DNA from: Rhodosorus marinus CCMP1338
Lineage: Eukaryota > Plantae > Rhodophyta
Direction of reading: 5' to 3'
NCBI GenBank assembly: GCA_029953675.1
Contig: JAMWBK010000004.1
Location: forward strand, 868,001-932,000
DNA length: 64,000 bases
The position numbers and the translations under genes were made by a program. The notes below the pieces were generated by a model that worked only from the letters and a program-made list of their open reading frames with translations, had not been told where the DNA came from and searched no databases. Positions 33,701 to 45,841 of this stretch are shown in pieces. The stretch's first letter is position 1; every line of letters starts with the position of its first letter.

Positions 33701-34548
33701 GCGTACAGACTCTCCCAGGAAGCTTCTCCCACATTAATCGAGTACACAACGTCATCAACTTCAGAGTAGTGGAATCGCCACGCGTTTCGGATGCCCAGAT
33801 TCCACTGTTTCGCAATGTTCTCCTCCTGCGAAACTCCAGAGGTGAACCATGGGTTCCCAGGTACTCCCTTGCCGTTCCTGGTTACCCTCAGAATTTTCCC
33901 AGTCAAATACCCATTCTCCTGAACTACCATGAGCTCCGGAATAAAACCCGCGCTCGATCCGTCGTCACCAATCGCAACATACAAGTATCCGTGCTTGTCC
34001 ATCGTGATACCTCCCATACTGTGCTTGTTTCGATCGATGCAGATAACGTCGTCCTCGATCGGGTCCAATGTCGTGTTCAGACATCCCGGAGAGCTGGTGA
34101 CTGTGCCAAGGATAACCTTCTCGAATGTCGCCTTGGTGAAGGCGTTGTTGACAGTGAATCGAGCCGTGCTTCCCGTGGTGGGACTACTGTCATCACCTTG
34201 GGGCGGCTTGTTCACGTAGCTGCAGTACAGGTACCGGTGGTTCTCGAAATCGTAGTCGAAGGTGCAGGATTTCAGTCCCCGAGCGCCATAGAAGGCGATC
34301 TGTGAAGTAATATTAAGAAACGGTTCCTCCTGCCTCACATTGTTCACATACAACCACGCCACTCCGTTAAGCTCCAACAGAATATACTTCTCCTTATCGC
34401 CGCGCACGAAAACCGTTCCGATCGGGCTCGAGACGTCTGCATCCACGGTCTCGAGCTCGAACTGTGGATCATTGAAGTTCACGGCCAGTCCAGCACCGAA
34501 CAACAATGCGAAAAGCACCACGAAACTCCCCAACGCACCACCTCTCAT
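30799..34548 (-). CDS. Second secreted GSDH/PQQ-dehydrogenase-like multidomain protein (1249 aa), paralogue of 21353-24649
   Basis: ATG 34548 opens a signal peptide (MRGGALGSFVVLFALLFGAGLA). HSMGGI...LYVAIGD, LTGKILRV, GIRNAW, NFGWP, PDGYVY. Big_5-like (SPPTVAEFVP, VRFSLPMD; ITFDKQM) and NPCBM-like (YGKGIG...FRTSVGVDD) modules. Same C-terminal module as the paralogue. Confidence 0.85.
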   Translation of the reverse strand: MRGGALGSFVVLFALLFGAGLAVNFNDPQFELETVDADVSSPIGTVFVRGDKEKYILLELNGVAWLYVNNVRQEEPFLNITSQIAFYGARGLKSCTFDYDFENHRYLYCSYVNKPPQGDDSSPTTGSTARFTVNNAFTKATFEKVILGTVTSSPGCLNTTLDPIEDDVICIDRNKHSMGGITMDKHGYLYVAIGDDGSSAGFIPELMVVQENGYLTGKILRVTRNGKGVPGNPWFTSGVSQEENIAKQWNLGIRNAWRFHYSEVDDVVYSINVGEASWESLYALEKGKNFGWPCTQGPIYDLPMMNYTACRDIQDGKIQAGFNSIWDYAHFFGEPAGTCIVDVMQNTNPDWPSEYSNWLFVVDYDNDWIYRLKVNSKFEMVEGPIEFANGVGSIVNMQPHPDGYVYLTSYKLNTLYRIEYVEDKSPPTVAEFVPYDGSAGVPVNQTVDVRFSLPMDSDTLDAAIELTEKASGTTVPVKISFRYEQLTAKVAPTSALKENTEYKVTVTKASSINGVEMTSKFTSTFKTNASYNIQISDMKITKSSPEGLTLDEQIGGAEISIRGIKYGKGIGFPSVPSRVRVNIPDTCNHFRTSVGVDDVAGFPMTGAMNCSVTVTKNGEPTVIYQTQDTLLRYNGEVGVVEDVNGQKLDLQCVPPSAGLSETTVGSWGSPQLFCNGYDTNPVKVVSILPTTQELPYEDPTFTITFDKQMNHKHAFDAIFIQTQSANVTATKTFNHDSTVLNVTVNPPLLPDNNYELFLNLGVRDVYGNHLDVARVRKFSIATPAPFGSTVDVTALDPVDVSGKGNHEVSSDCTVLDKAVTYDKNGNGIGVKGDTKLKFKLESCSSAIVSFGKSAAHADGRECDLQIKTSGIAARGSFNDSDLAKRKKINLKGEDSLRFVSKSSGATCVFEVESLICKGKEVSLFDLKLSSEDGKWKEDRTPDGKKLQLFFSSVEMKTCLKINRVQRNLHYQVDGKCSAVSMQVGVGAESAGNGNIRFRVEGDGETLSGKQCSLTLNKTDGSKVILCDITDKNEVVLRAGAANSSVGDEVAILGDPVFECTPNFGEPGCVLTRFPSTFTVGKELKFSGVAYGSAGKELPETSVTWFINRLHCTHGDCTNRAEATIANTLEGSWVVDNYQDFSRIEIECRVRDNGVSASSTVVVEPKTVEVDVDTEPSGLPVSFGGKVGRSTPFTERVVIGTTLGFGGPEELSFGGTELKFRKWLDDSSEPAFRMLKFTEDSETSFVARYK

Positions 34549-36789
34549 CCTCCCCGATAGTTCAGACTCAATCAGGCTATGCACCCCTCCTCCAATCACT
34601 AAAACAAAACAGGAAAACTTCTCAAAAGACCTTGTCACATCCCGTACCTCCTCTGCTACCCGTCTCCTGCTTCCACTTCTCAAACTGAAGCGCTTTATAC
34701 CTCCAAAATCCGAATCCTCTTGTTGACTGCAGAGAAGAAGAAGACGATGCCTTCCGATCCTCTTTCATGAATTCTTTACAAAATCCCTGGCCAAAGGATC
34801 CGGCTCACTGCCCAATGTTCCTTACAACGCTTAAGCTGCCCCTTTGCTCCATGCTGACACGCCGTCGATCACACTTGAAATCCGAAAATATTTTCGTGGC
34901 ATCGGACCAATGTTCTTGTATTCAGGTATTATAGCATAGGTCAAAAGTCACTAATTGAATCCAATCTTTGGCCAGCAGATAATTTCCATTATTTTGTTTT
35001 CGAAAAAAGATCGTTAATCTCGAAATTTGAGTGGTGTCCATCGGATTGTCTTCCTCTCGCCCCACTCCCACCTTTCCCCCACTCCAAAATGCTCGAAGAC
35101 AAATTCAAAGTTAAAATTTATGGGGTGGTCGCTCGCATGGGACGCCCAGTAAGGTCTTAGCTGCCCCAAACAAGATAATATTCAAAAAACATACTTTGAT
35201 TTGGAAGGAAAGGATATCTGAGACGTTGACAATTTATTTTTAGTATTTCCATGAAAATAATATTCACAAAACCTATTATTTGGAAAAACACCTGGTGAGA
35301 TTTTGTTTGATGACGTTTTAATTACAATGTGATAATTGGTTGTTGAGTTTGGTGTTCGATACGTCGCGAAGGAGGTGTAAGGCACAGTTTTTACATATAA
35401 TATTAGTTCTTTTGGAGATCGACAGGTTTTTCAATGATTTCGAAGGAAGCTTGCGGGGCTGGTCATTTCTGTCTGTTTCAGAGAATAGTGAGCGGCATCG
35501 CGAATGAACGTATTCATCTGAGTTGCTATCAGCCCCCCCTACACTTTCATATATGATTTACAGTGAGCCAAATATTTTTTTCTATGGAATGGCGAATTAC
35601 TCTGAGAAGATAGACTGGGTATGATATTTGATATTTGAGAGTCTATTTGGATATGAGAACGTTGTGCGGTAGGGCGTCCTTTCCGAGAACGTGTACCAAC
35701 CGTCGAAACAGAGAGGGCCGATGTAAAGACTCGGAAAATGGGTTTCTTTCTCGAAGGGGAAGAAACCCGATGGGACGGTCAATCTATTTGTGGTTTTATG
35801 GTGCCGATGGGACAGTCAATATATTGTGATTGAAAAGGACTACAGGGACGATACATTATGGGCGTCTGCCTCACCTCACACACATTACATTGACGTTTGC
35901 GTCCTGGTCATCACGCCCGGTTCTCTGATAAAACACCTGATAACAGATCTCTCCAACTCGGACGCTGAAGCTCGAACTTGGGCCTCAAGCTAGAGCCTAC
36001 TGAGGTCGACTTACGTTCACCCGTCAGACAACGAGTCAGCCGAAAAGACTTCAAAGAACTAAGATTAAACACGCCCCAAAACCCTACGAAATCAGCTAGC
36101 TAAGAAATCCTCTATATTTAGAAGTATTAGAGTTGTTTTGTACTCAAATGGACTTGTTTTTGCTGTTTTTTGCAAGGAGCGGCTAGATCTCTTCTATAAT
36201 TTTTGGAAATTCAATAGAGGTTTTATAGGAAGAGATTATGTGGACTGAACGAATTTATTCAGAGAATAGGAAAAACAATTCTTCTGATGACATCGAGCGG
36301 GTCCTCGCTGGGAGACAACGACGCCCTGAGATGACTGTAGTTGTTCGGAGAATGAAAAAAAAACTCAGTTGCTGACAGAGAGTGGCTCCCTCCTCGCTGG
36401 GAGAACTCGACGACAAAACTTGATCATCCGTTTATTCAGAGCCTAATTTTTACTACCCTGAGAAAGGAAAAACAAGACCCTGGAGGATGACGTGCGTCTA
36501 ACAATAACGCAGTATTGGAACGGCAGCTGGGCAAAGAAAGATCCGTGAGGAGGCTGTGAAGACGCCCTGGGTCGCTACGAAGCCATCGAGAACCTGCGCT
36601 ATCAACTAAGCCAAAGCGCTCGGTGATGAGGGGAACAAACGGTGTGATCTTCGCGTGCAGCGGCTTCTGAAAAAAAGACCAAGCTCATCGTCAGCATTTA
36701 TCCCTGGCCAAAAACGAACGGCTGCGCACAAACTTTTTGCATGCTCTACACTTACCGGCAGGCATGAATTTGTTTATTCGGAGTGTGAA

Positions 36790-37200
36790 TAACAGTGTAA
36801 AAAAGCCCTCCACCATGAAAGCAGGACTCAATACGCCACAGAAGGAAACTCAAACAGGCGAACAGCGGGGAGAGCCGGTCGGGGTCTCACTGAACAATTC
36901 CCGCGGTCAGCGGGAACAGACTGAATCCATGAAGCGTGACCGTACTGACGACCACAGACTGTAGGGCTAAAGAACGCTAAGACAAGGAGAGAGTCTAGAC
37001 ATATCCCAAGCGTATTTCACTTCTTTCGCCGTAGACAACGGCAAAAAACAACACCAAGCTAGCACCACAGCCCAAACTCCATCCCCAGCTTACCTCATCT
37101 TTCACAGACTACGAGCTGGTAGCACAGCCAGGATTCTCACGCTCAGCTGTGCTACCACAGGCTGTCGAGTCCCAAAAAGCTTAGGAGCCAGCAGAATCCG
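36790..37200 (-). mobile_element. Highly degraded family A-related 3' remnant
   Basis: CCCTCCACCATGAAAGCAGG...CGCCACAGAAGGAAACTCAAAC parallels the A sequence CGCCTCCAACATCAAAGCGG...CGCCACAGCAGGAAACTTAAGC. Confidence 0.5.
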
Positions 37201-37544
37201 TAGGACAATTCTGAACCTATTGACTTTAGGAAATTATTACATGTTTCCAGCCAACCCGATGGTAAAAAAAGAGAAAAACAAGTTGTTTTCCGAATCCATA
37301 TACCATCGTATTTTCTTCTCTTTTACTTCTAAGATGAAAATCTTATTTAATCATAATAAAAACAAATACGAACTTTCTAAATATGGGTGACCAGATAACC
37401 AATGATAACGTAGGCAATTTAATATTTTGTTTATTTGAACTTGTTCTTCTTGCAGTCTATTTTTGGGTTATGGTTGGCTAGTGAATAAATGAACGTGTTC
37501 TCCGCTACCTCAACAAATGTGTTTATTCAGAGGGTGGCAAAAAA

Positions 37545-37800
37545 TATTAACCCGAGGGGAAAAAGAAGACGACCACTGAAGATCTCCCGCCTCCAACATC
37601 AAAGCAGCGTTCATACGCCACAGCAAGAACGAGTTACTAACAACGAGGACGGCTGGTCGAGGGGCTCGCGGAACAATTCGTAAAGCCGACGGGAACCAAT
37701 GGAATCCATACACCCAACACACTCAATTACCAAGGACAAGAGACGATGAGCAAATGCCAGAGCTCGAATTCCAGGGAAAGAGAAAGCCCCCTCCTCCCCC
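37545..37800 (-). mobile_element. Degraded family A 3' fragment
   Basis: CCCGAGGGGAAAAAG 3' UTR and translation LLWRMNAALMLEA. Confidence 0.75.
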
Positions 37801-38619
37801 ACCTCTCTCCCCCGTGACGTCACATCGTGTCAGCGGCAGATAAAGGTTAAGCCCGCGGATTGGGAGCAGCGAGGTCAACGTACGCGCCACTCGATGATTG
37901 TGGTATGAGCCCGACGACCGTTAGCGGAGACTTTCACATCGCTAGCTCGGAAGCACTGCACATTCACCATTTGCCCCCCGTTGAAAGATGAGCCATTGAA
38001 CTGAAATTCATGACAAGGATAGACTGGCTTCCTGAGAAGCTTAAAAAGGGCAAGCTCTCATGAGGGAGTTTGCTGATATTTTTCTCGAAGTCATTAACCC
38101 AAGTGCCGCCCGCACACCGGAAAGTGACCAAACGATCTTTGTGAGGCAGGCTGAGGAGGACAAGGCTATTTACCAGTTCTTTGAACTACAAGCGCGTGCA
38201 CAAGTTGCCTTCCAGGTGGGAAAGCATGCAAGATGAACATTCCTAGCAAGCCTGCTCTGTACGGAACATTCCCAAAAACCTGTCCTACTAGTTAACGCCA
38301 GTATTTCTGACCGTTGTGGAGTCCGCTCTTTGCAAAGAACAATTCCCTCTATTCACGATCATTGCCTCTGTCTGCTGCGAACCCATGAGCAATAGTAGAC
38401 ACGCAACTATTTTCATATATTTGTAACAAGATCTCAGTTCTCAGCTCGAGGAGTTCCAGTAATAATTATTTGAATATTGTTAATCACTTCTATGTACATA
38501 AGTGTTGATCTGATCTGGTCACGATCGCTGAATGCATCGATCTAGTCCAGTGTTAGAGCTGTCCGCTCGCCAGCTTTTTGCAGCCGAGCGAGAGCAAGGC
38601 GCTGACTTCGACACCGCGT

Positions 38620-39888
38620 TCAGTGGATCTTGTGTTTCAACCTAAGGTGCCGTTTCAAATCCGAGCTCTGGAAGTACTTTGAGTTGCAGACGCGGCACTG
38701 ATGGTGTCTAGACTTTTCATGGACTGACCTCCGGTGCCTCACGAGCTTGGGTTTGGTCCCAAAACCGCGTCCGCAGATATCGCAGAAGTTGAATGCGGCC
38801 TTCTCATGAACAGTTTGAATGTGCACACGAACGTGACCGGACTGAGAGAATCTCTTCCCGCAAATTTCGCAGGGATAATTGCGTACGCGCAAATGGACGC
38901 TGTCGATGTGCCTCTTCAACTCGTACACCCGTTTAAACTCGTGTCCACACTCGGTGCACACATTTTCGCTGCCTGCCTCATCGGCGCTACTCCGCGGAGG
39001 GGAAGCAAACGAGTCATCAATACCCGGTGGATCAGCAGACTCGCTCGATGTCAATTCCTCTGTGCTTGGAAGTGCCAGCATTTCCTTCGCTGCAACAGCT
39101 GATCCAAGCGATTTGAAAAGCGCTCTGTCAAACAGCTTGTTCACAAAGTCCCTCCGCAGTTCACAGAGCTCGGGTCCACTAACAAACCTGTGAGCCAAAT
39201 TGACCTTGTACTTGCTCTCTGTCAGCTTCATTCCCATGGCATGAGCGATTTCCACCTGCATCCTACCCCAGGTCTTCGACAAAGCAGGTGCCACAGCTCT
39301 AAACCGTTCCCAGCAAGTCCCTTCGAGTTTGACGTCACGGTTGAAGTCGAGCGGCCCGTAATCCTGCTGGCCGTCGACATCTGAAGCCTTAATAACTTCG
39401 TCCACAATCCAGGGTGCATCCTTGTGGAATAAAATGGCCCTCATTGAGCACCAGCGCATACAATTATTGGTGATTTCGCCGCTCATCGTCGACAAAGATA
39501 TACGACCAGATTCGTATGCTACTGAAGCATGCGCCCTGAAGTTACTGCTCCCACGAACTGAGTACATCGAGAATCGTGTATCCAATATGCCATCATCGGA
39601 CGAGAATTTCGCTAGTGGGTTACTACCGTTCGTCATCCGACCTAGGCAGTACTCGTCAGAGTCATACTCGCACATCAGCAGGGACGTCCTTTGGATCCGC
39701 ACCGGAGCCATTTGCCAACCTGAAATCGACTCTGACTCTACCCGTTTCTCCACAGCAACAGACGACTCCAACCACCTCGAGTTCTCGTTGCATCGGTCCT
39801 CAGTGTACAACAGCCAACGTAACATCGGCTCAGACACTTTCCAATCCCCAAACAACATCCTCTTCGTCGGCTCATCCATCCCGTCCAT
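38620..39888 (-). CDS. C2H2 zinc-finger protein (422 aa) with four C-terminal fingers; putative transcription factor
   Basis: CTEC...HIDSVH, CEIC...HIQTVH, CDIC...HRRSVH, CRVC...HLRLKH. Intact intronless ORF. Confidence 0.9.
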   Translation of the reverse strand: MDGMDEPTKRMLFGDWKVSEPMLRWLLYTEDRCNENSRWLESSVAVEKRVESESISGWQMAPVRIQRTSLLMCEYDSDEYCLGRMTNGSNPLAKFSSDDGILDTRFSMYSVRGSSNFRAHASVAYESGRISLSTMSGEITNNCMRWCSMRAILFHKDAPWIVDEVIKASDVDGQQDYGPLDFNRDVKLEGTCWERFRAVAPALSKTWGRMQVEIAHAMGMKLTESKYKVNLAHRFVSGPELCELRRDFVNKLFDRALFKSLGSAVAAKEMLALPSTEELTSSESADPPGIDDSFASPPRSSADEAGSENVCTECGHEFKRVYELKRHIDSVHLRVRNYPCEICGKRFSQSGHVRVHIQTVHEKAAFNFCDICGRGFGTKPKLVRHRRSVHEKSRHHQCRVCNSKYFQSSDLKRHLRLKHKIH

Positions 39889-41516
39889 AAGTTCATTTAC
39901 AAAATCACCGCACCCAAAAAAAAATTTAAAAAAGTGGTTCCTCCTCTCAACCCCCTCCCCCCTCGCCCTTCCACCCCCTTAGAGACACGTCAAAATTTTT
40001 ATCCTTTTATCCACTGACTTTCCTCATTTAAAACAATCATCTCCTCCTTCCCGGCTCTTATTCAACATCCTTCCATCCTTTCATCTCCATGCCCCCCGCC
40101 TCCCCACCCCATTCCCCCCACTCCTTGCCCACCTACATCTGTCCGCAATAATATATATATATTCCCAACTTCACAAATTTTTGACTCATTCCATTTACTG
40201 GCGCACCTTCAATAATGATTGAGAGGAATCATTATTTAATACATTCTGTCCTTAATTAATAAACATTTATCATTATTTTGGTTTTATATTACTAATTTAT
40301 TAATTTATGCAATATATATAGGAATGTCTAAGGATTTAATTATGAATCTCGTGCGCCCAATAATGACTGAATCACTCGTCGGAGCTGTTGGCAGATGGGG
40401 TTTGAAAATATTAAGGGTCAAACGTAGATTTTTACATATGCTTTTTTCTATGTTCCTGCGAGAAACAAAATTAAGCTAAAAGCGGATTTTGGAGGGTTGG
40501 GAAGAAAAAAAAAGCGAATCTCCGGCTGTGCGACATTGATGGACTGACTGACTGCCAGCAATGCGGATGCGTTGGAGAACGGGGTGCAGCACGTCCTTCG
40601 TGAGATTTTCGGCGTGAGAGTTTCTTTTCTTTTTGAGGTCGGGGTTGTAAATTAGGAATGGTAGAAATCGGTGACATCAGTCGAACTGGTTTGGTTTCGG
40701 AGGAAAGCCAATGGACCCGGTGCATAAATAAGAAACATGAAGTTGTTTTTCTCCTATTTCTGCATGCGGGTATCAGCTACCGAAATCTTATGTCACTCGT
40801 CTGCAAGTCTTTCACAATGAGGGATTCCCATCCAATTTTCCGGTAGAAATAGAACCCATATATTGGATCTTTTCGTGCGCCAACACATATATCTCAAATA
40901 AAGCTTTTCCATCCTATCTGTATGGTTTTCTTTACAATTAACGAATATTGTGATTGATCAACAAAATTATACGATATTTATGATCTATTTTTGAGGAAGT
41001 CCTTGTCTTTATTAGTCAATGTCGTTCTTCATACGTAGATTAATTCAGTCTCTTTGTTTCCCCTCTCAGTTTTTTCTTTCCGGTGCCGATTAAATAAAGT
41101 CATTTCAATATGGCATGTACCAACGACCGATATAGACTAGAGTTCTAAATATAGATATATATAGTATTATATAGAGAAGAATTGAAACTTGTTAGAGTTT
41201 TGATTAAGAATATTATAGACAATATATTCATGTTTTGGGAGGGAGTTGGTGTTTGGGCGGACCAAGCCGTTTTTTAGGCTTAGTCAATTAGAACCTGATA
41301 TTGGACCCAACGTCGAATATCAAAACAAATTCTTTTCTTAAAGGAACAAGCCTCCTCCTTTATTTAGGCTACTATAGACCCGTCTAGACGGCAATAGTTA
41401 AATCTATTCCCCTTTCAACCTTGATGTGCCTTCTCTTTTGTTGTACCAAGTAGGTCGGGTTTTTCGGTGTTTACCCCTTTAAACCCTCCTGTTCTCGTGG
41501 GATTAACCACTTCCAT

Positions 41517-43700
41517 GTCGCAGCCCCTGGACCTGAAGGGTCACGTTGACCAGGTGGGAGGGGACTGGGGTGTTTGGAGACCGCAGTTTCAGAGTTGGAT
41601 TCGGAGGTGGGTTTCTTCGTTTGGGGGCTCGCTTCCTCTGATGGGGCCGGATTCCACCGATAGTACTGCCTCGCAGGGAACTCTTACAGGCTGGGTGTGT
41701 TTTGGACTCCTTATTTGCGGGTTTGGCCCGCAATCTGCGGGATGTGGTTATGTGGGAACTCTTGGGGATAATGCCGCGTTTGATCCTCCCCCCAGCTCGC
41801 ACATCGGCGCGTAGCTGGCATGTTCTTGGGGATAATGCCGCGTTTGATCCTCCCCCCAGTTCGCACATCGGCGCGTAGCTGGCATGTCCGGGACCGGCTC
41901 GCAATGTTCCTGCGAGGGGAATTTGAGGTTTTGCAAAGTGAGTACATGACGTCGCTCGAGGCCTCAGGGCGCACGGTCCAGTCCACGGGTGCCTCGCAAG
42001 TGACGGCTCGGGTGCAAAAGTTGATGGAGGTTGGCGATTTCAGTCGAGCGGCACGGGTTTTGGAGGGACAGGCGGCTGTCCTCCCCTATGGGATGACCGG
42101 CTTGCGGAACCGGCATACACCTTGTTTTCGTCGTCCGATGTGGAGTCCCAGTGTTGCGGTCTCTCTCGACAGACCAGAGTTGGCCCGCCTTCGCATAGAT
42201 ATGACAATTCGCTAGTCCGATTTGGAGGAACTTCTCCGTACCTCCCGCCGCGGACGTTCCCCTTGGGCTTCAGGCCTTCGCACGGAATTATTGCAGGCTT
42301 TGAGCGAGACGGGCCGACGCGAATTGGTGAAGATTCTGAACGCCTTTTTGCAGGGAACTTTACTCGCGTCCACACTGTGGGTACACTTACGGCGGGCGCA
42401 GCTTTGTTTGATTGCGAAAGCCGATCACTCGCCTGAGCATCCGCGTCTTCGGCGCATCGGAATGATTGAGAGCATCCGGAAGTTAGCGGGGAGGTGGCTA
42501 TGCCAGCGACTACGCCAGCGCGTTACAGCTTTTTTGGCTCCTCTCCAAGCGGGAGTGGGGTTTTCTGGGGGATTCGAACTGATTACCCATGCGATCGAGC
42601 TCGAGCGGGCCACTAAGTCGGCCTGGGGCATTCTCGTTGTTGACTTCCGGAACGCTTTCAACAGTGTATCCCGGACGCGCGCACTGGAGGTGGTTCGAAG
42701 GGCTTTTCCTGAGGTTTTGCCCTTTCAGCTGGGATATACGGAGGAGGAGGCCTCCCCTACATGTCTGGAGGGGGTGAAGTTTTTGAAGCATACACAGGGG
42801 TACAACAAGGTGATCCTTGTGGGCCGGTCCTTCACGCCTGCGCCTTGCAGCTCGCTCTGTTGCAACTCGCGACCGACATGGAGGACCTACGTATCTGTGC
42901 ATATCATGACGATGTGACGTTGATAGGTAGCCCTCCGGACTTAGATCGGGGGTTGACCAGGATCCAAGCCATTGCAAGTGAGGTGGGGTTGATAGTCGAG
43001 CCGGAGAAGTGTTGTTTTCTCCCACCCAGAGAAGCCCCTGCCCGACGCTCTCAGGCACCTTTGCCAACCTGAGGGTCTGATGCATCATGGTATTGGGTTG
43101 GGGAGTGATAACTTGGTGCAATCCTCCTGCGAACGAGTTTTAACCCGGCACAGGCAGCTCACAGATGCCATTGAGCGCCTTCCTGATGGTATGCTGCAAT
43201 CGGCGTGCCAGATTTCCCGATTTTCTGCCGGTCTCCAGCTCAACTATTGGCTCGCAGTCTTCCACCGCAATTGGGAGCGTGGATTGCTGCTAACGCGGAC
43301 GAGGCGACGCTACCACATTGGGACATACTCTTGGACGAACCACTTGCTTCGGCATCGGAACCTGACAAGGACCTGATACGGGCTCATATGGGTCTACCCT
43401 TGCGCTTGGGAGGCTTTGGAGTGGGTGACCGGAGTCTTGTCTACTCGGACTGCGACGGTAGCCTCTTGGGCCACCGCTCTTCATACCCTTGTCGGATTTA
43501 GGTTCCCAGTGCCTGCCTTTTAAGTTGGGCGCTGACGAACGATGACCCAGTCAACCTTCCGCAGCCACTACGCGCATCTATGACGTCCTGCAACAGGCGT
43601 TCGTCGGTGCAATGCCGTGCCGGAAGATAATCGATCCAAGTTCAGTTCCTGGAAGGAGATGCTATGGAGACGCAATGAGTGTGTAGTGGGATCTATGGTT
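41517..43700 (+). mobile_element. Family B-related copy (N-terminus, RT, thumb), degraded, lacking the 3' RLE end
   Basis: GDFSRAARVLEGQ, DFRNAFNSVSR, GVQQGDPCGP, YHDD, LPLRLGGFG. 64-bp internal tandem duplication at 41761-41887. Many frameshifts. Confidence 0.85.
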
Positions 43701-45841
43701 AATCGCGTGCTGGCCGACGATGGGGAAGCCAGCCCCCAGCCACTCGCCCCCGATTACGCGGGTATAATGAGCAGACCGTGGAGCTCACGCACTGATGTGA
43801 TCCAAGAAGCCTCACTTGGGGCCAACAAGTGAGGCTATGCGCAAAGAGGCTGGTAGGCAGCTCTTGGGTTGCACCCGGTACATACGAATGTACCAACTGC
43901 TATTGGCTGCTATGGTATTCTCAGAACCAAGGCGTCGTCAGAGTCCAGCAAAACACAGGACTCTTTGTGCGAGGAACTTGTCATCAGCAATAGATTGACT
44001 GTTGATATAACGAGATATCAATACAGAAGGACGAACTACAAATTTTAAAGTTTTTCGAAGGAATAATTCCGTTTCTAAAAATATACCTACCATCACGTTT
44101 CTTCCAATATTCAATGCCATATTCTCAAAAAAGACTGCTGGGACAGTTCGTTCTGTCCCAGGAGCAGGGAAGCCGACAACAAGAAATTCATTCATCAATA
44201 ACTGGTAGGAGGGGTGGCCGTTTGATAAAAGTCTTCCGTAAATCCGGCGAGATAGTTTCAAAAAACGCTCAGTTGGGAGTAGGTGGTCGCCCGCGTTTCT
44301 GGCTGAGCAAGTCAGTGCCGTCAGCCTCCTGTACAGCAGGTTTGCATGATTCTATATGGCAGTCTTTTTTCTCGGTGAGGCTGCGAGAGGCAGTGAGAAC
44401 GGGGGTTCTGTTCTGTTTTGTCATTTTCGAGTTTCGCAGGAATGGACCAAAAAAATCCTCCACGTGACTCTCGCGCAAGCGTGCGTATCGCTCTACGCGC
44501 CTGGTTTTCAAGGTCGCAAATGCTGAACCCAGAAAGTAGGCTCGCGGCGGCTTTTGTGGTTCCATACTGTCAAAACAAAGAAGCACGGATACCATCTTTA
44601 GCAAGGAATTCAGGGCCGATAGAATCTTCTAAAAGAGGTATTGAACAGTTACATCTTACATTTTACGTCGGCGACGACTACTGAATTCCCAGAATTCAAC
44701 TCGGATCCAGAGCTTTCTAGTCTCCCACGTGAGCTTCTACCACATGTAGACCGTAGTTGGACTCCGCCGACTTGCTTACAAGTTCTCGACATCTTGTGCG
44801 CATTCGTCGGAATGGTACATCGGATTTCTTTCATGCTTGATAAGAATCCATGTTTCCTCGCGAAGATTATAAAAGGACTTCGAGCACAAACTCGAGGTTG
44901 GAGGTGGTGGTAGAAACCATACACAACGAGCAGGGGACGGAGAAAGAGACAAGCAAGTTATAGAGAGATAGACAACGAATATAAAAGCAACAATGGTACA
45001 CTTCAGGAAAGATTCTGAGCACAAGGTCGACGAGGACTACATGCACGACAACGAGCACCACCGGTTCCATGGACTAGAGACGCTTAGTGGTGTGTTCCAC
45101 AGACCTCACGACGAGGAGCACGCGGAGGTCAAGGACGAGAAAGCGATGTTCAGCTGGCTATGGGTGGAGCACAACCCCTACAAGGCATTTTTGTAAAGCT
45201 GAGGACAGGTGCTCATGACTAATACGCTTTTACCACAGACGATGTGCGGGAGTGTGGTGCCTGCAGCCGTGTAGCCACAATGTAATTGTGATAAGATTGT
45301 AAATAGAAGCTGTGATTGGCAAATAAGAATTCATAGGTGTAGTCAGAAGAGGCTTAGAAAGGCCAATTTAGCGTATGGTCTTGGACAGGAGTCGAATCAG
45401 TATGTGACTAAAACTATTACAGAAAAGTTTGACATCAATGGCACAGACGCTGTGGTCTTTTTTCGATGAGAATCCGTTCAGAACAGTCAAATCCGTGGTC
45501 GCCGGAGCCTGGAATCATCTCCGTCGGCAGTGTCATTGAGTGAGAGTGGGAAACGATCCTATACACGGTTCGTACAACAAGTTCTATGAATTTAACCGAA
45601 ATTAGAGCGGTGGTTAAGACCTAAATAGTCAGCCACACAGCGTAATTAAGGATGGAGATATCACCTCACGTAGTAACAATGCCAACAAAGAGCTGAAATA
45701 TCTGTGCCCCATTCCGTAGACGGTGCTGTGACGTTACATGCTTTAAACGGGTTTCGTAGAAAGGTCAATTTCCCCACACATGCAGTCAATTCCGATCAAG
45801 ACCAAGTCATATATATGCAACTGAGCGTCACTCAATCCAAT

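Noticed and set aside
34549-34683. Upstream non-ATG extensions of ORFs in the track (also 18807 and 49635)
   Set aside because: The first in-frame ATGs (34548, 18834, 49644) directly precede signal peptides and are the better starts.
37950-38250. Ancient gypsy pol relic (EFADIF...PPAHR...DQTI)
   Set aside because: Resemblance is limited to a few residues across frameshifts, too weak without a search.
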